This document shows, piece by piece, positions 41,726-54,455 of a stretch of DNA of 64,000 nt (the stretch's first letter is position 1; every line of letters starts with the position of its first letter). Where the stretch lies: positions 90,644,001 through 90,708,000 of the forward strand of contig OX597819.1 in NCBI GenBank assembly GCA_951406725.2. The letters are read 5' to 3'. A model generated the notes under the pieces. It ran no database searches. It worked only from the letters and a program-made list of their open reading frames with translations, and was not told where the DNA came from. Both the position numbers and the translations under genes were made by a program. Origin of the DNA: Octopus vulgaris (lineage: Eukaryota).

Positions 41726-42290
41726 CTGTAAGTAATTATTATAAGGAGTTAATTATGAAAACATAAGTATTTTATACACATACATAGTTATGCATAGTTT
41801 GTAGACAAATACAAATACATATTCATTCAAATACAAATTAATAGGATTACATTTTCATATTATGATTTCATTCATTCAGTTTCTTGATTAATTAGACAGA
41901 CTACTCTGACTGAACAAAACTGAGGATGGAAAATTTAATACTATTGAACTTGCTATTCAGCATTTACATATGTCCCACAAAATAAATGAAGGCTAAATAT
42001 ATATATATATATCTCAATATACATGCACACAAACAGTATTGATAAAATGCAGAAATTGTATGCTAAACATTGAAGAGATATATCAAAATTATATGTTTCA
42101 ACAAGCAATTATGTAATCTTGGGAGCTAGTTTAAAGAAACACGTGTATGTTTTATAAAGCATAAAATACCATATACGTTTTCTGTATTTTATTATTATAC
42201 TATTACATGGCTTGTATCTTTTGATGCCCCACATTGTATTACATTGGGTAAAGGAGTGGAGTGTAGGATGTACTATTTAACCTGAACTTT

Positions 42291-42330
<40 letters not shown>

Positions 42331-42704
42331 ATTCATTCAAAGCTGAGCCTGCACAATTCATACCAGTGTGAAACTATAATAATACACACACAAATATAAT
42401 TTTGTACAGACAAATGACAAGAACTTGATGAATTTAGTAGTGATATTCAGTTATTAAAGTTCTCCCTTACACATACTCCGAGACCCAAATGAGTGTGCTT
42501 GTGTATGCCAGTGTGGTTAAATAGTTGATGCTCGTGAGGTCTAGGTTTAATCCCACTTCATAACCTCAGGTCAACTGGAGCCATGTGAGTGCAACTGTGT
42601 AGAGGGAAACTGTATGAAAGCCTGTTGAATGGTCAGTAATAATTCAAATGGCCAGTTTTATTACGTATTCTGTCATTATGTTGCTGGCATGGTAATGTGG
42701 TTAT

Positions 42705-43048
42705 TCTTTTCTTTTATTCTTTTACTTGTTTCAGTCATTTGACTGCGGCCATGCTGGAGCACCGCCTTCAGTCGAGCAAATTGACCCCAGGACTTATTCT
42801 TTGTAAGCCTAGTACTTATTCTATCGGTTGGGGGGACAAACACAGACACACAAACACATACACACACATATATACATATATACGATGGGCTTCTTTCAGT
42901 TTCCATCTACCAAATCCACTCACAAGGCTTTGGTTGGCCCGAGGTTATAGTAGAAGACACTTGCCCAAAGTGCCACGCAGTGGGACTGAACCCAGAACCA
43001 TGTGGTTCATAAGCAAGCTACTTACCACACAGCCACTCCTATGCCTAT
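42705..43048 (-). mobile_element. SINE family A, inverted copy
   Basis: Reverse complement of the 40949-41325 element. Confidence 0.85.
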
Positions 43049-43989
43049 GCAAGAGTTTCAGCCTCACTGTGTGGCACTTTCAGGAAGTGTCCTTTGTTAT
43101 AATAATGATAATAATAATAATCTTTTCTACTATAGGTACAAGGCCTGAAATTTTGGGGGAGGGGACTAGTTGATTTCATCGACCCCCAGTGTTTCACTGG
43201 TACTTAATTTATCAATCCTGAAAGAATAAAAGGCAAAGTTGACCTCTGCGGAATCTGAACTCAGAATGTAGCGGCAGGCAAAATACTGCCAAGTAGTTCA
43301 TCTAGCATGCTAATGATTCAGCCAGCTCATAGCCTTAATCTTATAATTCTGCCTGTCATTGTGCTCCTTAGCCTGTTGGTAATGCTTTCACGGGATTAGA
43401 AAAGAAGAGGGAGAGAGAAGCATTCATTATGTGAGGTAGAGGGAATGCAATTGTAACACTTTTGCAGGATTAGTTGAAGGGAAAGAGAGGAGAAAGAAAA
43501 AAAGAGAAAAAAAGGACAAGGTAAAGAGTGAGACAGAAAGGAGAAAGAAGCATCCATGATGTGAGGTGGGGTAGCATAATATATATTACGTGATTGAAAA
43601 AGTTAGTTGAAGGTAGAGAAGGAGAGTTAAAAATATAATTTTAACAGCGTGGTGACGTTCTGTTGGAGAGAGGAAGAGAGGGGGAGAGCGAGATGAGGAT
43701 GGTGGTGGAAGTAGTAGTGATTGGATAGTGAAAAGTGTATTTTTTTAAAAACCGAACTAAGTTTTTTATATTGCCTATCACTTAATTCATGCGTACAAGT
43801 GCGATTCCGTAAAAGATTCAAGCTTATTTAACGTGGCAGATATATGCAATTTAACTAAAGGTTGCATCATGTGTATGGGAAAACTGGAAAAATAAGGATG
43901 AATATTTATTTTATGAATACTGTGTATTAAGTCTATAAAATTGTGCATAAAGTATATAAAGTGCACTAAGTAATCATCATATTCCAATA

Positions 43990-44642
43990 TGCAAGAGAGA
44001 CGACTGCTCTGGTATGGTCATGTATTGTGAATAGATGAGGACAGCTGTGTGAAAAAGTGTCACACTTTAGCAATAGAGGTAATCTGTGGAAGAGGCAGAC
44101 CCAAGAAGACCTGGGGTGAGGTGGTGAAGCATCACTTTCGAACATTAGGCCTTACTGAAGCAATGACAAATAACCGAGACCTTTGGAGATATGCTGTGCT
44201 TGAGAAGACCTAGCAAGCCAAGTGAGACCGTAACTGTGGACTATGCCAGTGCAGCATAACCAGCCCATTTAAGAGTACTCTTCAATCACTGGGCAATAAA
44301 CTGCGCTTGCAAAGACCCGTTGAGGCAAGTAAAATTGTTGTCGTGGCCAATGACAGTACCATCTGATTGGCACCTCTGCCAGTGGTACCTTAAAAGCACC
44401 ATTCAAGTGTGGTTGATGCCAGCACCGCCTGACTGGCCCTCGTGCCAGTGGCATGTAAAACTCACCCACTACACTCTCGGAGTGGTAGGCGTTAGGAAGG
44501 GCATCCAGCTGTAGAAATTTTGCCAGATTGGATTGGAGCCTGGTACAGCCTTCTGGCTTGCCAGCCCTCAGTCAAACCATCCAATCCATGCCAGCATGGA
44601 AAGCGGACGTTAAACAACAATGATGATGATGATGATGATTAT
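43990..44642 (+). mobile_element. RTE LINE 3' fragment
   Basis: ERRLLWYGHVL...GRGRPKKTW, then the 3' UTR and (GAT)n tail. Confidence 0.85.
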
Positions 44643-45038
44643 GTGACTGGGAAGCAAACTTCTTAACCACACAACTATGCCTGTAGCTAGTATGGAAAAT
44701 CGGAAAAGAAAGACATGGGATTGATATTGAACACATCAGGAGGGCAGCATCAACAGTAGAAGTATATTGCAAATGAAGAAGTTGAGATTGTGCAGTAATT
44801 AATATTACATTAGGTCATTGATCTCTATATCAGAGAACAAATATTTATCATAGCTATATTAAAAACCCAAATATGTCCTAACATCTACTTTCTTCAACTA
44901 GTAATTGTGGTATTGTCATATCCATAATTAACTTTAAGTTTTGTTATACAAGTTTTAACATATCATAAACAAGTGCAAGCTAAGTTTGTGCGCAGCTTTA
45001 AACACATCAATTATTTTCTCTCTCTAATATATATACAT

Positions 45039-45090
<52 letters not shown>

Positions 45091-45224
45091 TGCTAAACGA
45101 TGATGATGATGATATATTTAAAAAATAGAATAAAATCTTAATAAGAAATTATCAGGTAGTTAGCGTGAAAAACCTCATAAGAGAAAAAAAAATCTGTAAA
45201 TTTTTTCACTTGAAAATATTTATT

Positions 45225-45480
45225 TATATTATATAGAGGGCATTATTACACATAAATGCCACACGCTAGGAGGGACTTTTAAAGTCATAACTACCAAAAA
45301 TAAACAAATCGTACCGAATGCAGCTCTCGAAGCAAGACATTTAAAAACAGAATTCTGTTTTTAAATGTCTTGCTTCGAGAGCTGCATTCGGTACGATTTG
45401 TTTATTTTTGGTAGTTATGACTTTAAAAGTCCCTCCTAGCATGTGGCATTTATGTGTAATAATGCCCTCTATATAATATA
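45225..45480. repeat. 256-bp spacer-less palindrome
   Basis: 128-bp arms with 1 mismatch, centred on GAATTC at 45350-45355. Confidence 0.95.
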
Positions 45481-45482
45481 TA

Positions 45483-45539
<57 letters not shown>

Positions 45540-46215
45540 ATCATCATCATCATCATCGTTTAACGTCCGCTTTCCATGCTAGCATGGGTTGGACGGTTCA
45601 ACTGGGGTCTGGGGAGCCCGAAGGTTGCACCAGGCCAGTCAGATCTGGCAGTGTTTCTACAGCTGGATGCCCTTCCTAACGCCAACCACTCCGAGAGTGT
45701 AGTGGGTGATTTTATGTGCCACCGACACAAGTGCCAGATGAGGCTGGCGAACAGCCACGCTCGGATGGTGTTTTTTATGTGCCACCGACACAGGTGCCAG
45801 ACGAGGCTGGCAGACGGCCACGCTCGGATGGTGTTTTCTTATGTGTCACCGACACAGGTGCCAGACGAGGCTGGCGAACGGCCACGCTCGGATGGCGTTT
45901 GTTACGTGCCCTCAGCACGGAGGCCAGTCGATGCGGTACTGGCTACGGTCACGTTCGGATGGTATTCTTATGTGCCACCGGCACCGGTTCCACAAGGATA
46001 CAAATTCCATTGATGTTCATCTATTTTGATTTGGTTTGATTTGATTTGATTTGATTTTCACTTGCCTCAACAGGTCTTCACAAGTGTCACAAGAAGGAAG
46101 GTATGCACAGGTGGACTGACTATGTCCCAGGTAGGGGCCACGGGTTATGGCTTCACTAGTCTTCCTGGGTCTTCTCATGCACAGCATACTTCCATAGGTC
46201 TCGGTCTCTAGTCAT
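45540..46215 (-). mobile_element. RTE LINE 3' UTR with ~63-bp tandem units
   Basis: (CAT)n tail at 45540. Units TTATGTGCCACCGACAC...CGCTCGGATGG start at ~45711, 45774, 45839 and 45902. Confidence 0.8.
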
Positions 46216-46254
46216 TTAGTCATTTATATATATATATATATACAAACACACACA

Positions 46255-46958
46255 CATATACTTGCATATATGGGTACAGGATGCCACCAATGGTACAAAC
46301 AACATGAAATACGTAAACAAATGAGTTAAATACGTAAACAAGAAAAAATGGGAAACAAGACAAGTACGCACAGAGAAAAGACCCTTCATCAGGTGTCGGC
46401 TGTCTATTTACTCCTCATTTCAAGTATTCAACAACAATATGCTCCCATAAATACTAAAAAGAATTTAGGATTTATGGAGGGTCCTACCCCTCCCTCCTTC
46501 AGTTTTCTGTCTGTCTGTCTCTCTTTTCCCTCTCTGTCATTGCTCACACATGACCATCGTCCATGTTTTTTTCTCTCTTTCCAAAAAAAGAATGTTTCCC
46601 CCCAGCATTCACTATTTCCCTCTCATTCTGGTCTAACGACCCTCCATGTTTGTTTCCATTTGGTTTCCTTGTATGTCTCCATTGTCATGTTTATGTTCCC
46701 AACTTTGACCCTCCATAAATCCTAAATTTTATTTTAGAATTAATGGGAGCAACTGTCTTTGAAGACTCATACTGTCACTGAATGCACGAAATGAAGAGTA
46801 GATAGAGAGCCAACAACTGATAAAGGGTCCTTTCTCTGTGTTTACCTGTCCTGTTTTCCATTTTCTCTTGTTGTTTACGTATTTAACTAATTTGTTTCCG
46901 TATTTCATGTTGTTTGAACAGTTGGTGACGTCCTTTACCCATATATGCATGTATATAA
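46255..46958. repeat. Diverged inverted repeat (Penelope-like pseudo-LTR pair?)
   Basis: Arms lie at ~46255-46483 and ~46707-46958. The inner 22 bp is perfect (AATTTAGGATTTATGGAGGGTC). The spacer is ~220 bp and pyrimidine-rich. Confidence 0.75.
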
Positions 46959-47071
46959 ATATGTTATTTATCAGGAATGGCTACTGTGTGGCACCTTGGG
47001 CAAGTGTCTTTTACTATAGCCTCGGGCCGACCAAAGCTTTGTGATGGAAACTGAAAGAAGCCTGTCATATT

Positions 47072-47117
<46 letters not shown>

Positions 47118-47269
47118 TGTGTGTGTGTGTGTATTTGTCCCCCCAACATCGCTTGACAACTGATGCTGGTGTGTTTACGTCCCCATAACTTAGTGGTTCA
47201 GCAAAAAGAGAACGACAGAAGGCGGTGCTCCAGCATGGCTGCAGTCAAATGACTGAAACAAGTAAAAGA

Positions 47270-47299
<30 letters not shown>

Positions 47300-47305
<6 letters not shown>

Positions 47306-47391
47306 TCCTAAGGAGGATATAACAAAAGATCAGGATGACTGACTGGTGATGTGTGGCTCTCAAGAAGACCTACTTCAGCACTGTGTATGTA

Positions 47392-47441
<50 letters not shown>

Positions 47442-47525
47442 ATCCTAAAGAGGATATGACAAATGATCAGAATGACTGACTGGTGATGAGTGGTTCTCAA
47501 GGCCTACTTCAGCACTCTGTGTGAG
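47300..47525. repeat. Tandem duplication of an ~85-bp unit between (TA)n tracts
   Basis: AGATCCTAA.GAGGATAT.ACAAA.GATCAG.ATGACTGACTGGTGATG... occurs at ~47303 and ~47440. Confidence 0.85.
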
Positions 47526-48742
47526 TGTATACACACACACACACACACTGTTATATTTTGGGATGGTCATTATTGTTTTCTCTTGCCAAATAAACATATG
47601 CTCTATATATTCCTTCTTTACTTCAGATTTATTATTTATGATTTTAGAAAGACAGAATGGACTAAACAGAACAGGAAGGGGCACATGGGATGGAGAGACG
47701 CTGAAGAGGTCACAGGAAGTGTGATGAAAAATTTCCAGACAAAGGAATAAAATAGAAACAAAAATAAATCTGAAGTAAAGACTCAATATAGAGTGCATGT
47801 GTTTACTTGGAAAAAAAAAAAAAAATTACCATCCTCAAATATAACAATATCTGTTCCTACACATGATTTCACATCAGGGATCTTGCAAAACAAACACACA
47901 CACATATCTACAAATTGTAGGAGTTCCAACTAGATTAAATCTCCAGTGGTTTAAATGCACAAGCCTCTGATATCCAAGTGGCTAAAAAATGTCAGTAGAA
48001 GAGGCACACAGGAACAATGACTTTGATGCTGCCTGATCCAGCCTCCCTTAGAGTGTAAAAAGTTAAAGGCTGGAACTCTTGCCTCAGTTGTTTTTTTTTT
48101 CCTCTGAAGACCTTCAGCTGTTTAGCTCTCTTGAGAGATTCTTACCATTATATATATATATGCATAAATGGGCATCTCACCCTATCTCCTCATATCATCT
48201 GCTTGCACATATCATCTCTCTCTCACTGCAATTCAGCCTTGATACCCTTTTATTTATCCTGCTACAGGTATCATTTCGATTGTTAGCCAGGTGTGGCCAT
48301 GTGGTAAGAAGTCTGCTTTCTAGCTACATGGTTCTGGGTTCAGTCCCACTGCATGGCACCTTGAGCAAGTGTCTTCTACTAGAGTCTTGGGCCAACCAAA
48401 ACCTTGTGAGTGGGTTGGTAAATGGAAACTGAAAGAAGCCCTTAGTACATGTATATATATATTAATATATCTATGGGTGTGTGTATTTGTGTCTGTCTTT
48501 GTACCCTGGCATTGCTTGATAACTGGTGTTGGTGTGTTTACATCCCCGTAACTTAGCAGTTTGGCAAAAAAACCCAACAGTAAAAGTACCAGTAACTAAA
48601 AATTCTTCAAGGCATCACCCAGTATGGCCACAGTGAAATGACTGAAACAAGTAAAAGATAACAATTGCAGCATGGAAGGTGTTTGTAAGCCATTTAAGAA
48701 ACACACAAAAGCCATTCGATTCACTTCAACATTTAAGTTTAA

Positions 48743-48793
48743 TTTGTCAAAATATTTTCGTTGCTTTAAGACCACGACCTGTTCACTGACAAA
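48743..48793 (-). ncRNA. Hammerhead-like fold, G3-C8 variant core (left arm of fold-back)
   Basis: Minus strand reads UUUGUCA-GUGAACA-G GUCGU ggucuuaaa GCAAC-GAAA-AUAU-UU-UGACAAA. Confidence 0.5.
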
Positions 48794-48813
48794 AATCCGT
48801 GCTGCATCGGATT

Positions 48814-48864
48814 TTTGTCAGTGAACAGGTCGTGGTCTTAAAGAGGCGAAAATATTTTGACAAA
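48814..48864 (+). ncRNA. Hammerhead-like fold, G3-C8 variant core (right arm of fold-back)
   Basis: UUUGUCA-GUGAACA-(stem II, decayed)-GAAA-AUAU-UU-UGACAAA. Stem I is 7 bp and stem III is palindromic AAUAUU. Confidence 0.5.
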
Positions 48865-51484
48865 TTAAACTTAAATGTTGAAGTGAATCGAACGGCTTTG
48901 TGTGTTTCTTAAATGGCTTACAAACACCTTCCATGCTGCAATTGTTTTCGTTTTAGCACACGATCTCAGAACAAATCACTTGCTATGCAAGTACATCTCT
49001 GTAAGTAAAAGATAAAAAGATAGAAACCCTCATCAATTATTACTGTTCTTTCCATCCATGCTACATTGATTCACCCAACACCCTGAACCAAATTCTCATC
49101 AACTACTATGCCTGCCTCCCTACCCCAACTCCTGCAGCCTACCTAACTAGTCTCTCATGTCCTCCTCCAGTCATCATTACTATTCTGCTCCCTGCCTGCT
49201 CTCTTCTGCATTTCTTTATCTTCCCCAGCTGGTCAACCACCACTTCCTACCTCCACCATTCAGCCACATCCAATCTTTACTGCTAGTTGCTTGCCTCGGC
49301 TCCCTTCTCTCATTCCTCTATCCCCTGTTCCCCATACAATTTTGTGAACTCTCCACTTCTATTCAAGCCATCAGGACACCTCAGCTCCAATATTTATTGC
49401 TTTCTACTTCCACTACAGGAACCAGCTCTGTCACACCACACACTTTCCACTCCTCCCATACACTCATCCCTTATCTCCTAGCTTAAAGCTGACTCCCACT
49501 CTCCCTTCGGATTTGGAGTCTTGCAAACTGCATGGTAACCTCAGTAATGTTGGTGGCATGAAAAGAGCACCCACTAAACACTGTAAATTGGTTGGCATCA
49601 GGAAGGGCATCCAGCTGTAGAAACTATACCTAAATGGACACTGGAGCATGATGCAGCCCTTGGATCCATTGGATCCTGTCAAACCATCCAACCCATGCCA
49701 ACACGGAATATGGACACTAAATGATGATGATGATGATAATATATGTTATACCTCTATAACTGTTTTACATCTAACTTCCCAAGTCATGGCTTTCTTCTTC
49801 TTCATTGAAGTAGGACATTTGCATATAAGCAGTTGAATTAATCATTAATAACAACGTAATGCTTTTTAAAACTTTTTAGCACTTTAACTGGCTAAATTCA
49901 ATCTCTCATCCCTACCATACAATGTCATTCTAAAAATAAAGTCACATCATCAAAATCTCAAAGCTTTAAGGCAAAGCATGATTAAATCAAAACAATAACA
50001 ATAAATAAGTATTACATTTGAGAGATTATTCAAAATGCTAAAAAATCCTGAACGTAACACCTACCAAATGTGTTGAGTGCCACTTCTTTATTTGTCCACT
50101 CATGTGTGTGTGTGTGTGAATAAGTATTAGATTTGAGAGAGTATTCAAAATGCTAAAAAATTTATTATAATCACTCAAAATAGCTGAAAGTATTTATTAG
50201 TTCTGACAAAATAGTGTAATGTAACTTGTGTAGCATTACACTAAAGCAACTATATTTAAGTATGAACTTCTGACAATATTGTCAATAGTCAGGCATTGTA
50301 ATTTCATACTCATTACATAGAATAACATGCTAAATTTATCAGCACGTGTGTATGTGCACACATGTTTGTTTCTGTATTTATAACTCTCAAATAACTTTTG
50401 ATAAGAATTCTGTAATAAAAAAAAAGTTACTCGCTTAAAATATATATATTTTTTTTTTACAAAAGACTATTTCAGAAATAACGGGGCAAATCAAGGATGC
50501 ATTGACTCAGTATAGGAAAAAGTATAGGAAAATGCTCAACAAGTGTGATTAGTCAGATCTGGATTTAAGAAGACTTCCAGGGATATAATTCAACAACAAT
50601 CCTATGATGAGAGGGCTATCCTGAAAGGAAATGAATGGGAATGGTAGATAGTTAAGTATAACATATACTTCATTTTCCAACACTGAGTCAAATATTTCTT
50701 TTTTTTTTCTTTAGTCAGTTTCGACTGAAATCTGAGCTAATTGCCCTCTAAGAATTAATACAATGTATATAAAATAAAATATAATGGAACACTAACTACA
50801 TGGGTTGATTAAAATATGTCAACTCAAATCATTAATATCTCTTCTACAAGAGAATAGTTTATTGAGCATTTCAATTAAAATATTAATAAATCTAAGCAAA
50901 AAACACCTAGTACAGTCTGTAAACAGGCTGGTATTAGGAAAAGCATCCAGCCATAAAAAAAGCATCCTACAACTGAGACACTTGAACAAGATAGTGTCCA
51001 CCAACTTATTGGATACTGTTGAATAAATGATGCACATAATGAACCATCTGATCATTAGCTGCATGGAAGTGGATGTAAAATAATGATAATAATTAATACA
51101 TATACAAAACACTTATTCTCTCTCTTTAGCATATTTTAAGCTCTCATCCCCAGATACAAAGCTACATGCCTCAGTGCTTCTCCCTACTCGGTTAAAGGGT
51201 CTTGTTTTACACATTACTCAATAACCTTGTTGGTACTGCTGCAATGTAAAAAACGCCCAATATAATGTGAAGTGGCTGGCATTAGGAAGAGCATCTAGCC
51301 ACAGAAACCATGCCAAAGCAGACTGTAGAGCTTGGCACAGTCCTCTGGTTCACCAATTCTTGTCAAAATGTCCAACCCATGCCATTGAGGAAAACAGATG
51401 TTACGTAGTGGAGGTAGTGGTGACGATGACAATAAATATATAATGACAAAGTGAATCAGTGAAATAAATTATATATAAGTATTA

Positions 51485-52420
51485 GACTTACTACCCAGCA
51501 TTGCCCGGTAAAGTATTCATGGAATTGTTTGCCATTTTGTAGAATGGGAATTCACAGTACTTATGCATGTATATATATTTCTAGACTTCTAGACTTATTT
51601 AATTGGAACTATCCAAACAATAATAATCAATTTACATGAGTAGAAGCCTTATTTTTAATAGTTTTTATCCTGAAAAATCATATGTTAGTTTTGCTTTAAA
51701 GTGAAAGATGTATCAATGTGTAAATGAAATGGACGTGTGCGAGTGAGAGAGAGAGTGAAAGAGTGTGCCACTCATACATACATGAGAACACACATGTTCA
51801 CTCACTCACACATTCACCTGTACATACAAAAAAGATGTATTGATGTATGTACATATATGTGACAACACACTCCTTCACTCACTCTCTCTTTCACGCACAC
51901 ACACACACACATCCATTTCATATACACATACATACATCTTTCCCTTTCTCCTCTCACTTTAAAACAAAAGTAAATAAATAAAAAATTTTTATGGAAATTA
52001 ATGAACTCCAGATAATGAAATCCCATTCAGTTTAAAATATTTCTAAATGATTAAAATATTGATTACATCAAAAAGTAGATGATTTTTTTCCCTTAGAGAA
52101 CATGAAGACTATGTGTGTATATGTCACAGATAGCAAACATGTGTTTGTGTTGATTCCCTGCCATGACATTCATTATATGTGTGTGTATTCTGTGTGTGTG
52201 TTTTGACGCCACAGAAGCCATGTATTCTTTTTTGTCAAGAAGTAACAAACAAAAATTGTGTTTAAACATTTAAACAGAGGCCCAATTGTCACAAAAATTT
52301 GTACTGCACTGCCGAAGGTAAGTATGAAAATAAATATGTAAAAAACAAATTAAGATTAAATTTACTATTTCTGAGATATTTCAGTTACACACAAACTTCC
52401 CTAGAGCTTTTAGTATAGAC
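51485..52420 (-). mobile_element. Possible non-autonomous Helitron
   Basis: A short GC hairpin (CCCAGCATTGCCCGG) sits at one end and ...TTTTAGTATAGA at the other, with internal microsatellites. Confidence 0.3.
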
Positions 52421-52548
52421 TTCGAAATTTTTACTAAATGTAATTGCTATAAATTAGAAGTAAAAAAATAAAGAGCATTGTTGATGTAGTCTTAAAACAT
52501 ACACACACCTACTTGCTAACACACAATAAATCAAAAAACAAAACTTAC

Positions 52549-52607
52549 CCAGAGAATAAATCAACAGGACAATATCTGCTCTGCTCCAACCATAGTCCAT
52601 TCTTGCT
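52549..52607 (-). CDS. IPPK: IPPK exon (YCPxDLFSG motif)
   Basis: tacag|...|gtaagt. SKNGLWLEQSRYCPVDLFS(G). Confidence 0.94.
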
Positions 52608-52914
52608 CTGTAGCAAAAGAAGAAATTTCATTGAACCAAATGGATGTCAACAAGTAAATCAAACAAATCAACAATTAACAATTATTTAGTATTACCTTTG
52701 AAATAATTCAAGTTCATATCTCAGATATAAAAAAGACAAAAAAACATCCCAACCAGGAAAAATTAGATCTAACAGATCATAAACTAATAGAAATCAACAA
52801 GTAAAAGTGAAACATGAAAACCAGAAATGATAGTGACAAACTTAAAAAAGCAACCCTACCATACCCACCCCAACTCCATTCATTTCTGACACAACTACAT
52901 TTAAGGATATCATA

Positions 52915-53326
52915 TTCTTTTATTCTTTTGCTTGTTGTAGTCATTTGATTGTGGCCATGCTGGAACACTACCTTAAAGGGTTTAGTAGAAGAAACCAACC
53001 CCAGGATTTATTCTTTGTAAGCCTAGTACTTATTCTATCAGTCTCTGTTACTGAACCACTAAGTTATGGGGATATAGACACACCAACATTGGTTGTGAAG
53101 CGATGGTGGTGGGGACAAACACAGGCACAAAGACACACACACACACACATAAATATATGCATATACATATACAACGGGTTTCTTTCAGTTTCTGTCTACC
53201 AAACCCACTCACAAGTCTTTGGTTGGCCTGAGGCCATAGTAAAAGACACGTACCAAAGGTGCCATGCAGTGGGACTGAAACTGGAACCATGTGATTGGAA
53301 AGAAAGTTTCTTACCATACAGCCACA

Positions 53327-53385
<59 letters not shown>

Positions 53386-53535
53386 GATGAGCTTCTCTCA
53401 GTTTCTGCTTACCAAATCCACTGACAAGGTTTACCTGAGGCTATACTAGAAGACATTTGCCCAAGGTGCCACACTGTGGGACTGAACCAGGAACCATGTG
53501 GTTGGGAAACAAGCTTCTTACCACACACCCATGCT
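52915..53535 (-). mobile_element. SINE family A, inverted copy with tandemly duplicated head
   Basis: The head appears at ~53180-53330 and again at ~53385-53535, separated by (TA)n. Confidence 0.8.
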
Positions 53536-54402
53536 TGAAGAAACTTCATATTTTTCATATATTGTTATAGAAAGTAAAATAGTTACAACTGGGAAGTGAA
53601 CCTACATCACAGTCTGTACTCATTAAGAGCTTACCTTGATACTGCTCATAAAAAAACGTAACTGCCTTATGTTCCCCACACAAGTAGGGCCTAGCCAGTA
53701 TTTTATATATACTTTTAGCTTTCATGCACAAATCCTGTAATAATATTATTGAGTAGAAATTAGCATGCTAGTTTCTAATATGGCTGTTATTAACCCATTT
53801 TAAAACAGGTTAACCCTGTCGAAATTTTGAAGACAGTTATATAAATAGGGATAGCAAGCATACGGAATCATCAAGTTAACCTTTATTGCAGTAAATAATT
53901 GAAATACAACTGTCCTTAAATGAAGACAGTGGGTTAATATGGGTTAATGAACTTCCAAATTGTCCTCTGTAATAGAAGAATTGGGTTTGTAGTAACTCTT
54001 CTGAAAATTTTCTGTTACGCTGTTCTTATGCTCCAGTTTTTACTCTGATCAAGCAAACCTATGATTAAAGTCATTCCTACAATTGCATTGTCCAATGTGC
54101 CCTTCCCTTTTCAAGATGGTAGGTAGGTTGATATTAGAGGGAATGTGGTTGCTACTTCTAGCACATTTAATGATTATTTAGAGACTCCCTCATGGACTTG
54201 TTTTCACTGTTAACGTCTTCTATGTAATGCTCGAGGGAATGTGTGGGATAGCTGAAATAAAAGTAATGCATAAAAGCTGAGACAGCAGTAAACTGATAAA
54301 AAGTTTTGTCTGGTAAACAAAGCATAGGAGTGGCTGCGTGGGAAGTAGCTTGCTTACGAACTGCATGGTCTTGGGCAAGTGTCTTCTACTATAGCCTCGG
54401 GC

Positions 54403-54455
<53 letters not shown>

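Larger units (their letters stand above)
48661..49002. mobile_element. Fold-back insertion (probable Penelope-like element) with 12-13-bp target duplication
   Basis: ~138-bp arms at 48661-48799 and 48808-48945 with an 8-nt loop. The right arm extends ~55 bp further. AAGTAAAAGATA lies at 48649-48660 and 49003-49014. Confidence 0.75.

Noticed and set aside
45711-45965. Regular repeats resembling a CRISPR array
   Set aside because: These are tandem units without unique spacers inside a LINE 3' UTR, in eukaryotic DNA with no cas genes.
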